From Longimicrobiales bacterium (lineage in GTDB: Bacteria > Gemmatimonadota > Gemmatimonadetes > Longimicrobiales > Gaopeijiaceae), in NCBI GenBank assembly GCA_963664435.2, contig CAXXKM010000001.1, positions 1,152,001-1,216,000 of the forward strand: 64,000 bases of DNA, read 5' to 3'. Below are positions 50,590 through 60,443 of the stretch, piece after piece; the first letter of the stretch is position 1, and every line of letters begins with the position of its first letter. The position numbers were made by a program, and so were the translations under genes. Under the pieces are notes generated by a model that was not told where the DNA came from, made no database searches, and saw nothing but the letters and a program-made list of their open reading frames with translations.

Positions 50590-53129
50590 ATGAGAGTATT
50601 CGCATCGATCGCGGTTGTGGCGGGCATCGGGATGGCGGCTGCCGGCACGGACGATTCCGGGCCCGTAACCTCGACGTTCCATCCCGGCGACGCGGATGGG
50701 ATCGCGCGAATCCTGGCGGACAACGCGTCAGGACCTGCCGGCGAGGCCCTCTCTCCAGCTCGGGCGGGGAACGCGTCCGGCGCCGCTCACCTGCCCGCAG
50801 CCACGCTCACCGAAGTCGTTCAGCGCTACTGCCAGGTCTGCCACAACGACGCGCTCCTCACCGGCAACATGTCCCTCGCCGGCTTCGACATCGACAACTT
50901 GGCCGCGCGCGCCGAGACCGTGGAGCGGATGATCCTCAAGCTGCGCGCGGGGATGATGCCCCCACCGGGGATGCCCCGCCCGGCCGGCGACACGCTCGAG
51001 CTGCTGGTCACCACGCTCGAGGATCGCATGGACGCCGCTTTCGCGGCGAACCCCAATCCCGGCGCCCGCTCCTTCCAGCGCCTGAACCGCGCCGAGTACG
51101 AACGCTCGGTCAAGGACCTGCTCGATCTCGACATCGACGCCGGCGAATACCTCCCGCTCGACACCAAGAGCGCGAACTTCGACAACATCGCCGACGCCCA
51201 GATGCTCTCGCCCACCCTGCTCGAAGCCTACCTGAACGGGGCCAGCGACATCGCACGGCTGGCGCTGGGCGACGCAGCCGCCACCGCGAGCGAGACCCAG
51301 TACCAGGTCTCCCGCTGGGCTTCGCAGACCGAGCGGGTCGAGGGCGCGCCCTACGGAACGCGCGGCGGCCTCAGCGTCGAACACAACTTCCCGGCCGACG
51401 GTGAATACGTCTTCCGCGTCTCCTTCCACCACGAAACCACCGGCACCCTGGTCGGCAACGGGCGCAACGCGCTCCACACCGACGAATCCCCGGAACAGCT
51501 CGAGATCTCCATCGACGGCGAGCGGGTGGCGGTCCTCGAACTCGACCGCTGGATGCACGTCTCCGACCCGGACGGCGTCAACATGCGCACCGAACCGGTG
51601 TTCGTGCGCTCCGGCAACCACCGGGTGACCGCCGCCTTCCTCAAGCACGCGGAAGGCCCGGTTCAGGACCTCATCTCCCCGCACGACTGGTCGCTCGCGA
51701 GCACCGCCATCGCCGGCACCTACGGGCTGCTGGCGCTGCCGCACCTGCGCGATCTGGTCATCGGCGGCCCCTTCAACCCCACCGGGGTGTCGGAGACCGC
51801 CAGCCGGCGGGCCATCTTCACCTGCCGGCCCACCGACCCCTCCGAAGAGACCGCCTGCGCGACCGAGATCATCTCCCGGCTGGGGCAGAAGGCGTTCCGG
51901 CGGCCGCTGGTCGACGAGGACATGACGGCGCTGATGGCGTTCTTCCGCACCGGCGCCGACGAGGGCGGTTTCGAGGCGGGTATCGGCACCGCGCTGGAAG
52001 CCATCCTCGCGAGCCCGCACTTCGTCTTCCGGTTCGAGGAGCCGCCTGCGAGCACGCGTGCCGACGGAGGCTACCGGATCCGCGACATCGACCTCGCCGC
52101 GCGCCTGTCCTTCTTCCTCTGGGGCACCTCCCCGGACGAGGAACTGATGGAGCTGGCGGTGGCAGACCGGCTGTCGGATCCGGCGGTGCTCGACGCCCAG
52201 GTGACGCGCATGCTGGCCGACCCGCGCGCCGAGGCGCTGGGCACGCGCTTCGCGGCGCAGTGGCTGCGTCTCCAGGATCTCGAAAAGATCAATCCCGACG
52301 TCCGCCTGCAGCCCGATTTCTACCAGCAGCTGCGCGAGTCGATGCACCGCGAGACCGAGCTCTTCTTCTACAATCTGGTTCGGGAGGACCGCAGCGTCTT
52401 CGACCTGTACAACGCCGACTACACCTTCGTGGACGAGCGGCTGGCGCGGCACTACGGCATCCCGGATGTCGCCGGCGACCACTTCCGCCAGGTTGAGTAC
52501 CCGGACGAGAACCGGCGTGGGCTTTTCGGCCACGGCAGCATTCTGACCCTCACCTCGCACGCCGGGCGCACCTCGCCGGTGCTGCGGGGCAAGTGGGTCA
52601 TGGAGGTGCTGCTCGGCACTCCGCCCCCCCCTCCGCCCCCGGGCGTACCCGATCTCGAGGAGACCGAGGAATCGGAGGGTGGCCGCATGCTCACCACCCG
52701 CGAGCGCATGGCAATGCACGCCGCCAACCCGGTGTGCAACGCCTGTCACCAGTTCATGGACCCGATCGGCCTCGCTCTCGACAACTTCGGGGTCTCCGGC
52801 AAGTGGCGCATTCGCGAAAACGGCATGCCGCTCGACACCCGGGGGACGTTCTACGACACGACGCCGGTCTCGAGTCCGACCGAGCTGCAGCAGGCACTGC
52901 TCAAGCGTCCGGAACCCCTGATCCGCACGTTCACCGCCAACCTGATGGCCTACGCTCTGGGACGGCGGGTCGAGTACTACGATCAGCCCGCATCCGGGCC
53001 ATCGTGCGCGAGGCAGAGCAACAGGACTACCGCATCTCGGCGTTCATCCGGGGCGTCATCGAAAGCGATGCCTTCCAGATGAGCGGACCCGAGCCCGCGG
53101 TCGCGGAAAGTCAGGGAGAGTCCCGATGA
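50590..53129 (+). CDS. DUF1592-family diheme protein, copy 2 (1-nt frameshift near 52990)
   Basis: CQVCH, CNACH and the same motifs as copy 1; the frame breaks after YYDQP and IRAIVREAEQQDYRISAFIRGVIESDAFQM continues in another frame to 53129. Confidence 0.88.
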
Positions 53130-53233
53130 CGACAACCAGATGCTGCGCTCGCGATCACGAGCCACGCAGTCGGCCCCGGAGGGCCGTGCGATAAGACAGC
53201 TGACCGACAGTCATACCACGAGTGGAGACCTCG

Positions 53234-54655
53234 ATGCACTTCATTACCGGAAAGCACATCCCCCGGCGCACCTTCCTGCGGGGCGTGGGCGCCACCGTCG
53301 CGCTGCCCATGCTCGACGCCATGATCCCCGCGGGCCGCACCTGGTCGAGGGCGGCCCGCAACGACGATCCCACCCGGCTCATCGCCATCGAGATCGTCCA
53401 CGGGTCGGCCGGCGCCAACGAGTGGGGAGCCACCCAGAACCTCTGGTCTCCCGCCACCACGGGGAGCGACTTCGAGCTGGGCCCCAGTTCGCTCGCCCCC
53501 CTGGAGCGCTACCGCGACTACCTCACCATCTTCAGCAACACCGATGTCGCGAACGCCGAAGCCTACCAGCCCAAGGAGATCGGTGGTGACCACTTCCGGT
53601 CGAGCGCCGTCTTCCTCACGCAGGCCCACCCCAAGCAGACCGAAGCCTCGGATGTCTATGTCGGCACCTCGCTCGACCAGCTGCACGCGCAGCGCTTCGG
53701 GCAGGACACGCCGATCCCGTCCATGCAGCTCTGCATCGAAAACGTGGATCAGGCCGGCGGATGCGCCTACGGCTACGCATGCGTTTACACCGACACCATC
53801 AGCTGGGCCTCCCCGACCGAGCCGCTGCCGATGATCCGCGATCCGCGCATCGCCTTCGACCAGCTCTTCGGCGCGGGCGGGACCGCGGAGGAGCGAGCCG
53901 CCCGGCGCCGCACCAGCCGCAGCATCCTCGACTGGATCGCCCGCGACGTGGCCCGTCTGAAGCAGGAGCTCCGGCCCTCGGATCGGCAGCGCATCGACCA
54001 GTACCTGGAGAACGTGCGCGAGATCGAGCGCCGGATCGAGCGCATCGAGGCGCACAACAGCAGCGGCGAGGAGAGGGAGCTCCCCGAAGCCCCTGCCGGG
54101 GTCCCGGACTCCTTCACCGAGCACGTCGAAACCATGTTCGACCTGCAGGCGCTCGCCTTCGCCTCCGACATGACGCGCGTCTTCTCCTTCAAGCTGGGGC
54201 GGGACGCGTCTTCGCGGGTGTATCCCGAGAGCGGCACCGACAAGCCCTTCCACCCGGCGTCGCACCACGGCGGGAGCCCGGAGGGCGTTGTCGACTTCGC
54301 CACCATCAACAAGTACCACGTGAGCATGCTGCCCTACCTCATGGACCGCCTGCGCGAGAACATGGAAGGCGACACGCACCTGCTCGACAAGACCATGATC
54401 GTCTACGGCTCGCCCATGGCCGACGGGAACCTGCACAACCACCGCAGGTGCCCGCTGATCACGCTGGGCGGGGCCAACGGCAGGCTCCAGGGCAACCTGC
54501 ATCTGAAGGCTCCCGACGCCACGCCCATGGCCAACGTCATGCTGAGCCTTCTGCACGCGCTGGGACACGACGACATGACCAGTTTCGGCGACAGCACGAG
54601 CGCATTCCCCCTGGGGATGTCCGGCACAGCCGCCGCCCAAAGCAGCTCCCGATAG
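53234..54655 (+). CDS. DUF1552 family protein, copy 2
   Basis: IPRRTFLRGVG..ALPMLDAM, GGCAYGYAC.Y, NLHNHRRC; clearly paralogous to 34691-36112. Confidence 0.9.
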   Translation: MHFITGKHIPRRTFLRGVGATVALPMLDAMIPAGRTWSRAARNDDPTRLIAIEIVHGSAGANEWGATQNLWSPATTGSDFELGPSSLAPLERYRDYLTIFSNTDVANAEAYQPKEIGGDHFRSSAVFLTQAHPKQTEASDVYVGTSLDQLHAQRFGQDTPIPSMQLCIENVDQAGGCAYGYACVYTDTISWASPTEPLPMIRDPRIAFDQLFGAGGTAEERAARRRTSRSILDWIARDVARLKQELRPSDRQRIDQYLENVREIERRIERIEAHNSSGEERELPEAPAGVPDSFTEHVETMFDLQALAFASDMTRVFSFKLGRDASSRVYPESGTDKPFHPASHHGGSPEGVVDFATINKYHVSMLPYLMDRLRENMEGDTHLLDKTMIVYGSPMADGNLHNHRRCPLITLGGANGRLQGNLHLKAPDATPMANVMLSLLHALGHDDMTSFGDSTSAFPLGMSGTAAAQSSSR

Positions 54656-54683
54656 CGACCGCATCCCGATGGAGAGGAAGGCG

Positions 54684-56438
54684 ATGACACAGCTTCCGCG
54701 CACGATGGCCACGCTGACTCTGACCCTCCTGGTCCTGGCTGCCGCGCCGCCGCCGGACTCCCCCGTCGCCGACGCCGCCATGCGGGGCGACCTCGCGGGG
54801 GTTCGCGCGCTGATCAACCAGGGTGCCGACGTCAACGGTGCCCAGGGCGATGGCATGACCGCGCTGCACTGGGCGGCCGAGAACGGCAGCGCGGCCACCG
54901 CCGAACTGCTCCTCAGCGCCGGAGCGAACCTGTCCGCCGTCACCCGGCTGGGCGGCTACACCCCGTTGCACCTGGCCGCCAAGGCGGGAAGCGCGGAAGT
55001 CGTGAATGCGTTCCTGAACGCCGGAGCGGACCCGCGCGCCGCCACCACCACCGGGGGCGTCACCGCGCTGCACTTCGCCGCCGCCGCCGGCAGTGGGGAA
55101 GCGGTCAAGGCGCTGATCGACCACGGCGCCGACCCGAACGCGGTGGAATCCGCCTGGGGGCAGACGCCCCTCATGTTCGCGGCGGCGGCCGACCGCGCCG
55201 GAGCCATCCACGCCCTCATGGACGGCGGGGCGGATCCCTCCGTCACCGCCCGCGTGATCGACATCGCGGCTCGCGACAATGAGGACCGGGAGGCGCAGCG
55301 CCGCCGCGACGAGCGGGTTGCGGCCCTCCAGCAGCTGCAGGGCGGGAGCGGTGGCGGGCGCCCGGCCCAGCCCGATCCCACGGTCAGCACCCTCCTGAAC
55401 CCGGACGAGCCGCCGCCGTCGCTGGCGCGTGACCGCAACCGGACCGTGCCCCAGCCGCTCTCCCACGCGGACCTGGTCGGACACTACGGCGGGCTGACCG
55501 CGCTGCTGATGGCCGTGCGCGACGGCCGGCGCGCCGCCGCCGAGGCACTCCTGGACCGGGGCGCCGACATCGACCGGGTGAGCGCCGGAGACCAGACCAG
55601 CCCGCTACTCATGGCAACCCTGAACGGGCACTTCGACCTGGCCAGAGTCCTTTTCGACCGCGGCGCCGACATCACCCTGGCGAGCGACGCGGGAGCGACC
55701 CCGCTGTACGCAGTACTCAACACCCAGTGGATCCCCAAGTCACGGCATCCGCAGCCGACCGACTACTCGCAGCAGGAGACCAGCTACCTGGAGTTGATGG
55801 AGACTCTCCTCGAGGCTGGCGCGGACCCCAACGTGCGCCTCCACAAGACCCTGTGGTACACGGAGTTCGGCCGCAGCTTCCTGAGCGTCGACCGGATGGG
55901 CGCGACGCCCTTCTGGCGCGCGGCGTTCGCGCTGGACGTCACGGCCATGAAGCTGCTGGTCGCGCACGGGGCCGATCCCCACATCCCCACGGTAAACGCC
56001 CCGCGGCGCTTCCGCCGCGGCGGCCGTACCGACATGTCCGGGCTGCCCCCTGTCCCGATCGGCGGACCGGGTTCCTGGCCCATCCACGCGGCGTCGGGCA
56101 TCACCTACGGCGAAGGCTTCGCCGCCAATGTGCACCGCCACGTGCCCGAGGCGTGGGTTCCCGCCGTACGCTATCTGGTCGAGGAACTGGGCGTCGACGT
56201 AAACGCCCGCGACCGCAACGGCTACAACGCCGTGCACCACGCCGCCGCCCGGGGCGACAACGAGTTGATCCTGTACCTGGTCAGCCAGGGCGCCGACGTC
56301 ACCGCCGTGAGCCGGAGCGGCCAGACCACCGCCGACATGGCAAACGGCCCGGTGCAGCGCATCCTGCCCTTCCCGGAGACGGTCGAACTGCTCGAGTCGC
56401 TCGGATCCCACAACAACAACAACTGTGTAGCCTGCTGA
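54684..56438 (+). CDS. Secreted ankyrin-repeat protein with C-terminal CxxC, copy 2
   Basis: PPDSPVADAAMRGD...QGDGMTALHWAA shared with copy 1; ends NNNNCVAC. Confidence 0.93.
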   Translation: MTQLPRTMATLTLTLLVLAAAPPPDSPVADAAMRGDLAGVRALINQGADVNGAQGDGMTALHWAAENGSAATAELLLSAGANLSAVTRLGGYTPLHLAAKAGSAEVVNAFLNAGADPRAATTTGGVTALHFAAAAGSGEAVKALIDHGADPNAVESAWGQTPLMFAAAADRAGAIHALMDGGADPSVTARVIDIAARDNEDREAQRRRDERVAALQQLQGGSGGGRPAQPDPTVSTLLNPDEPPPSLARDRNRTVPQPLSHADLVGHYGGLTALLMAVRDGRRAAAEALLDRGADIDRVSAGDQTSPLLMATLNGHFDLARVLFDRGADITLASDAGATPLYAVLNTQWIPKSRHPQPTDYSQQETSYLELMETLLEAGADPNVRLHKTLWYTEFGRSFLSVDRMGATPFWRAAFALDVTAMKLLVAHGADPHIPTVNAPRRFRRGGRTDMSGLPPVPIGGPGSWPIHAASGITYGEGFAANVHRHVPEAWVPAVRYLVEELGVDVNARDRNGYNAVHHAAARGDNELILYLVSQGADVTAVSRSGQTTADMANGPVQRILPFPETVELLESLGSHNNNNCVAC

Positions 56439-56491
56439 CCCCGGGGGAGTCCGACTGAAGGGTCTTCAGACACCGCAGAAGGAGCAATCTC

Positions 56492-57001
56492 ATGAGTGAA
56501 GCCACGTATGTCCTGCGCCCTTGCCTCAAGCTCACGGCCATGTCGGTGCTTCTCCTCGCCGTCGGAGGGTGCTTCTCCTACTCGACGGTGCCGCTGGAGA
56601 CGATCGCGCCCGACCAGCAGGCACGCCTTGTCCTCGACCAGGAGGCCTTCGGTCGCGTGATGAACCAGGCGGCCAGGGAAGGGTTCCCGGTCCAGATGAT
56701 GAACCTTTCCGGCAACCGCATCAGCGGCCGCGTGGCGGGCGTTTCGTCCGACGCGCTCACCATCCAGTTGCGTGGCGCCGGCGCGTCGGTGTTGAGCACC
56801 CAGGTGGCAACCGGCGCGATTCAGGAAGTCGCGGTCCGGCAGTTCGACCGCACCAACACCATCATCACCGTTGGCGGGAGCGTGGCCGCTTTTTCACTCA
56901 TGATCCAGGGCGGCGTGTTTCCGGGCGGCACGCAGGGCACCGATGACGTGGATCCGGAAAACATGATCGGCTTGCGTCTCTTTTCCATCTCCGTGCCTTG
57001 A
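56492..57001 (+). CDS. Hypothetical lipoprotein
   Basis: AAGGAG RBS; lipobox AVGGC-FSY; similar to 45800-46309. Confidence 0.75.
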   Translation: MSEATYVLRPCLKLTAMSVLLLAVGGCFSYSTVPLETIAPDQQARLVLDQEAFGRVMNQAAREGFPVQMMNLSGNRISGRVAGVSSDALTIQLRGAGASVLSTQVATGAIQEVAVRQFDRTNTIITVGGSVAAFSLMIQGGVFPGGTQGTDDVDPENMIGLRLFSISVP

Positions 57002-57239
57002 CGACAACCTGCGGTCTGGCCACGCGGCGTTGTGTCTGACCGGCCGCGCTGCACGACGAAAAGGTCACCCCTTGCGCGTCACGCGAAGGGACTTCATTCT
57101 GATCGGGTTGCGCCCGGACGCTGGGCAGGATTGTCTGTGCCTTACGAGTGCGGACTCGTTTCCTGGCCGGTTCCGGAGGGGGGGGTTGAGGGGATTTTAA
57201 ACCGGTGGCGGGAACGCCACCACAGAGGAGGAGCGTGTT

Positions 57240-60200
57240 ATGCGAGTCATCCGGCTACTAACCCTTACTCTGCTGCTCGGGGCTTCGTCGTGGTCGTTCG
57301 CGGAGGCTCAGGTGCCCGCGAACAGCGATGTCGGTGCCCAAGCGGTGGACCAGGCCGCCAGATCCCTTGGCGACGCCTTGGGAATCCGCGTGACGGAGGC
57401 GACTCCGTTCGTGGGTTCGCTGACCGGACTGGTGACCGACGCCGGCTCCGGTCGTCCGTTGTCCGCGGCTCAGGTGTTCATCGACGGCACCGGCCTCGGC
57501 GGTCTCACCAACGCCTCCGGACGGTACCTCATCATCAACGTCCCGGCGGGCACCCACACGCTGCGCGTTGAGCTGATCGGGTACACCGCGGCGGCGCAGG
57601 AAGTGACCGTGGCCGACGATCAGGCTACGACGGCCGACTTCGGGCTGAACGAAGAGGTCATCGACTTCGACGAGATCGTCGTCACCGGGACCGCGGGGCA
57701 GGCCCGCCGCCGCGAAGTCGGCAACGCGATCGAGCAGATCAACATCTCCGAGGTCGCAGAGCCCGTGAACGATGTTGGAGCCTTGCTCCAGGCGCGCGTT
57801 CCGGGTGCTCGCATTCAGTTCGGTTCGGGCAACTCCGGGTCCGGGGTCGACATCCGCCTGCGCGGGAACGTGAGCACCGCGCTCAGCAACCAGCCGATCA
57901 TCTACATCGACGGCATGCGCGCCAAGAGCGAGCCCACCTCCAGTGAGAATGGAGCGGAGGACCCCTACAGCCCCCTCGCCGATATCAACCCCGACGACAT
58001 CGATCGCATCGAGGTCATCAAGGGTCCCGCGGCGACCACGCTGTACGGAACCGAGGCGGCCGCCGGCGTAATCCAGATCTTCACCAAGCAGGGCGGCCAG
58101 GGCGCTCCGCAGTGGACCGCGGAAGTGCAGCAGGGATTCTCCTACTTCCGTCCTTTCGGCACCGCCGAGGTGCCCCACATGTTCCTCCATCCTGTCTTCC
58201 GGAACGGCCACCGCCAGCGCTATTCCATGCAGGTTCGGGGCGGCACCGGCGATGTCGGATACTTCGTGTCGGCCGCCTGGAACGACAATATCGGAGCGGT
58301 GGAGACGGACAGCGAACAGAAGCTGAACCTCCGCGCGAACACGACGTTCCGTCCCCATGAGGACGTACTGATTCAGTTCAACAACACGTTGACGCGCACG
58401 GACTTGACGCAGGCGCAGATGGGGAACTCGGTTACCTCCATCATGATGACCGCCATCCGGGGGCCGCGGAGCTACATGCCCGGCTTCTCAAACACCGGGC
58501 GCGACTATGAGACGCTCAGCCTCCTGTTGAGCGAGGATTACAGGAACCAGATCACACGCGCGGTCAGCGGTCTTACAGTCAACTACACGCCGGGCGCGGA
58601 TTTCACCCACCGTCTCACGCTCGGCTATGACTACTCCCAGGACGATCATTTCAACGATCAGCAGCACTGCTGGCTCTGCCCCATCGGTCGTTACGGCGAT
58701 TTCTCCGACTACATAGCGGGCGGAGAGCAGCGCCGCGGCATGTCCCAGAACACGGTGGTCAGCTTCGACTACATCGGCACCTGGGGGTTCGACCTGAGCA
58801 GCAACATCCGCAGCACGCTGTCCTTCGGCGCACAGGGAGTTGAGAACGAGATCGAGAACTCCGAGTATGTGGTTCGCCACTACCCGGGCCCCGGCGACTT
58901 CACCCTGCAGACGGGTGCAACGAGGCAGGATGTCGACCACAACCGCCTCCGCATCATCACGGGCGGCTTCTTCATGCAGGACCAGATCGGCATCTCCGAC
59001 AAGTACTTCCTGACGGTCGGCGCTCGCGTTGATGGAAACAGCGCCTTCGGTGAGCAAGTCGGTTTTGCGCTCTTCGGCGATGATTTCCGCTTTGATATCT
59101 ATCCGAAGATCAGCGGCTCCTACGTGGTCTCCGATGAGGAGTTCTGGCCTGAAGCGTTCGGCCAGGTGAAGTTCCGCGGCGCCTACGGCCTCGCGGGCCG
59201 GGCACCCGGCGCCTTCGACAAGGTGCGAACGTGGAATCCCGTCGGGATGGGACCGGGCGGTCAGGCCTACTACCCTCAAAACCGCGGCAACGACGCACTT
59301 GGCCCGGAGAGGACCATCGAATACGAGTTCGGGATGGACGGCGCGTGGTTGGGCGGACGCTTCAACGCCGAAGTGACGTACTATCAGCAAAAGACCACTG
59401 ACGCTCTCTTCCGCGTGGCGAGCCCTCAGAGCGAAGGCGGCTGGGGTTCCCAGCTCCAGAACGTCGGGGAGTTCGAGAACAAAGGCATCGAAATCCAGAC
59501 CAACACGACCGTCCTCGACACCCGTTCCCTTCGTTGGGACATCGGATTGGGACTCGCCACCAACCACAGTAAAGTGCTGGACCTCGGCAGTGCGGCACAG
59601 TTCTCCGTCGGTGAGTATGGCTGGGTCATCGAGGATCAGCCCGTACCGGTGATCTACGGCCAGCGCGTCATGAACCACAACGAGCTGGCGGATCCAATTT
59701 ATTCGGACGGCCGCACTCTTTACGGTCCGGCGAATCCCCCCTACATGTTCACGGGGAGCATGTCCTTTGACCTTCCGGGCGGACTGAATCTCTCCGCCCG
59801 TGGCGAGTACCTGCGAGGAGGATGGATCTCCAACTACTTCGAGACCGGCGCGACCTGGCGCACCATCTCTCATCCGAAATGCTACGATGCATACCGCAAG
59901 GTGGAGCCCGGTTGGACCAACGGCGGCGAGTTCGGAGAGGCTCCGCCCCCGTCATATCCCGCGAGCCGTCCCGCCGACATGTACGCCTGGGAGGTGGCAC
60001 AGTGCTTCGGTCTGGCCACCAACGAGCACGGCGTATCGGAATCGGACTTCGCCGAGTTGCGTGACGTCACGCTCTCGATTCCGGTCTCGAACCTGCTTCC
60101 GTCGCTCACGACCTGGGCCAGCCGCGCCGACTTGGTCATTTCAGGACGCAACGTCGCGTTCTGGACCCACAAGAACCTGGTGACGGGGCATCCCGAGCAG

Positions 60201-60320
60201 AACGAGAACGGGATTGGCACAACCGATTCGGGCGAGTTCCGGCACGATCTGGTCAAGGGCATTGACGAGACACTTCCACCGGTCTCCTACTTCACGGTTT
60301 CCCTGCGCGCCATCTTCTAG
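57240..60320 (+). CDS. SusC/RagA-like TonB-dependent receptor, copy 2
   Basis: DEIVVTGTAGQARRREVG, IRLRGN, IEVIKGPAATTLYG.EAAAGVIQIFTK, DGNSAFG, C-terminal F. Confidence 0.93.
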   Translation: MRVIRLLTLTLLLGASSWSFAEAQVPANSDVGAQAVDQAARSLGDALGIRVTEATPFVGSLTGLVTDAGSGRPLSAAQVFIDGTGLGGLTNASGRYLIINVPAGTHTLRVELIGYTAAAQEVTVADDQATTADFGLNEEVIDFDEIVVTGTAGQARRREVGNAIEQINISEVAEPVNDVGALLQARVPGARIQFGSGNSGSGVDIRLRGNVSTALSNQPIIYIDGMRAKSEPTSSENGAEDPYSPLADINPDDIDRIEVIKGPAATTLYGTEAAAGVIQIFTKQGGQGAPQWTAEVQQGFSYFRPFGTAEVPHMFLHPVFRNGHRQRYSMQVRGGTGDVGYFVSAAWNDNIGAVETDSEQKLNLRANTTFRPHEDVLIQFNNTLTRTDLTQAQMGNSVTSIMMTAIRGPRSYMPGFSNTGRDYETLSLLLSEDYRNQITRAVSGLTVNYTPGADFTHRLTLGYDYSQDDHFNDQQHCWLCPIGRYGDFSDYIAGGEQRRGMSQNTVVSFDYIGTWGFDLSSNIRSTLSFGAQGVENEIENSEYVVRHYPGPGDFTLQTGATRQDVDHNRLRIITGGFFMQDQIGISDKYFLTVGARVDGNSAFGEQVGFALFGDDFRFDIYPKISGSYVVSDEEFWPEAFGQVKFRGAYGLAGRAPGAFDKVRTWNPVGMGPGGQAYYPQNRGNDALGPERTIEYEFGMDGAWLGGRFNAEVTYYQQKTTDALFRVASPQSEGGWGSQLQNVGEFENKGIEIQTNTTVLDTRSLRWDIGLGLATNHSKVLDLGSAAQFSVGEYGWVIEDQPVPVIYGQRVMNHNELADPIYSDGRTLYGPANPPYMFTGSMSFDLPGGLNLSARGEYLRGGWISNYFETGATWRTISHPKCYDAYRKVEPGWTNGGEFGEAPPPSYPASRPADMYAWEVAQCFGLATNEHGVSESDFAELRDVTLSIPVSNLLPSLTTWASRADLVISGRNVAFWTHKNLVTGHPEQNENGIGTTDSGEFRHDLVKGIDETLPPVSYFTVSLRAIF

Positions 60321-60329
60321 AACGTTCCC

Positions 60330-60378
60330 GCGGCGTCCGGGCTCCACCGCCTCGGCGGTTGCGTGAGCCCGGCGCCGC
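60330..60378 (+). other. Intercistronic stem-loop between SusC2 and SusD2
   Basis: GCGGCG-T-CCGGGCTC...ACCGCC-TC-GGCGGT...GAGCCCGG-CGCCGC; no U-tract. Confidence 0.6.
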
Positions 60379-60443
60379 AAGAACGGAGGATGTGCAAGTA
60401 AGGAAGAGTCGAGGACTCCGGAATCAAGGAGAAGTTTACGACG

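Noticed and set aside
57010..57235. Small hairpins in the SusC2 leader as a riboswitch
   Set aside because: No match to any riboswitch consensus I can recognise
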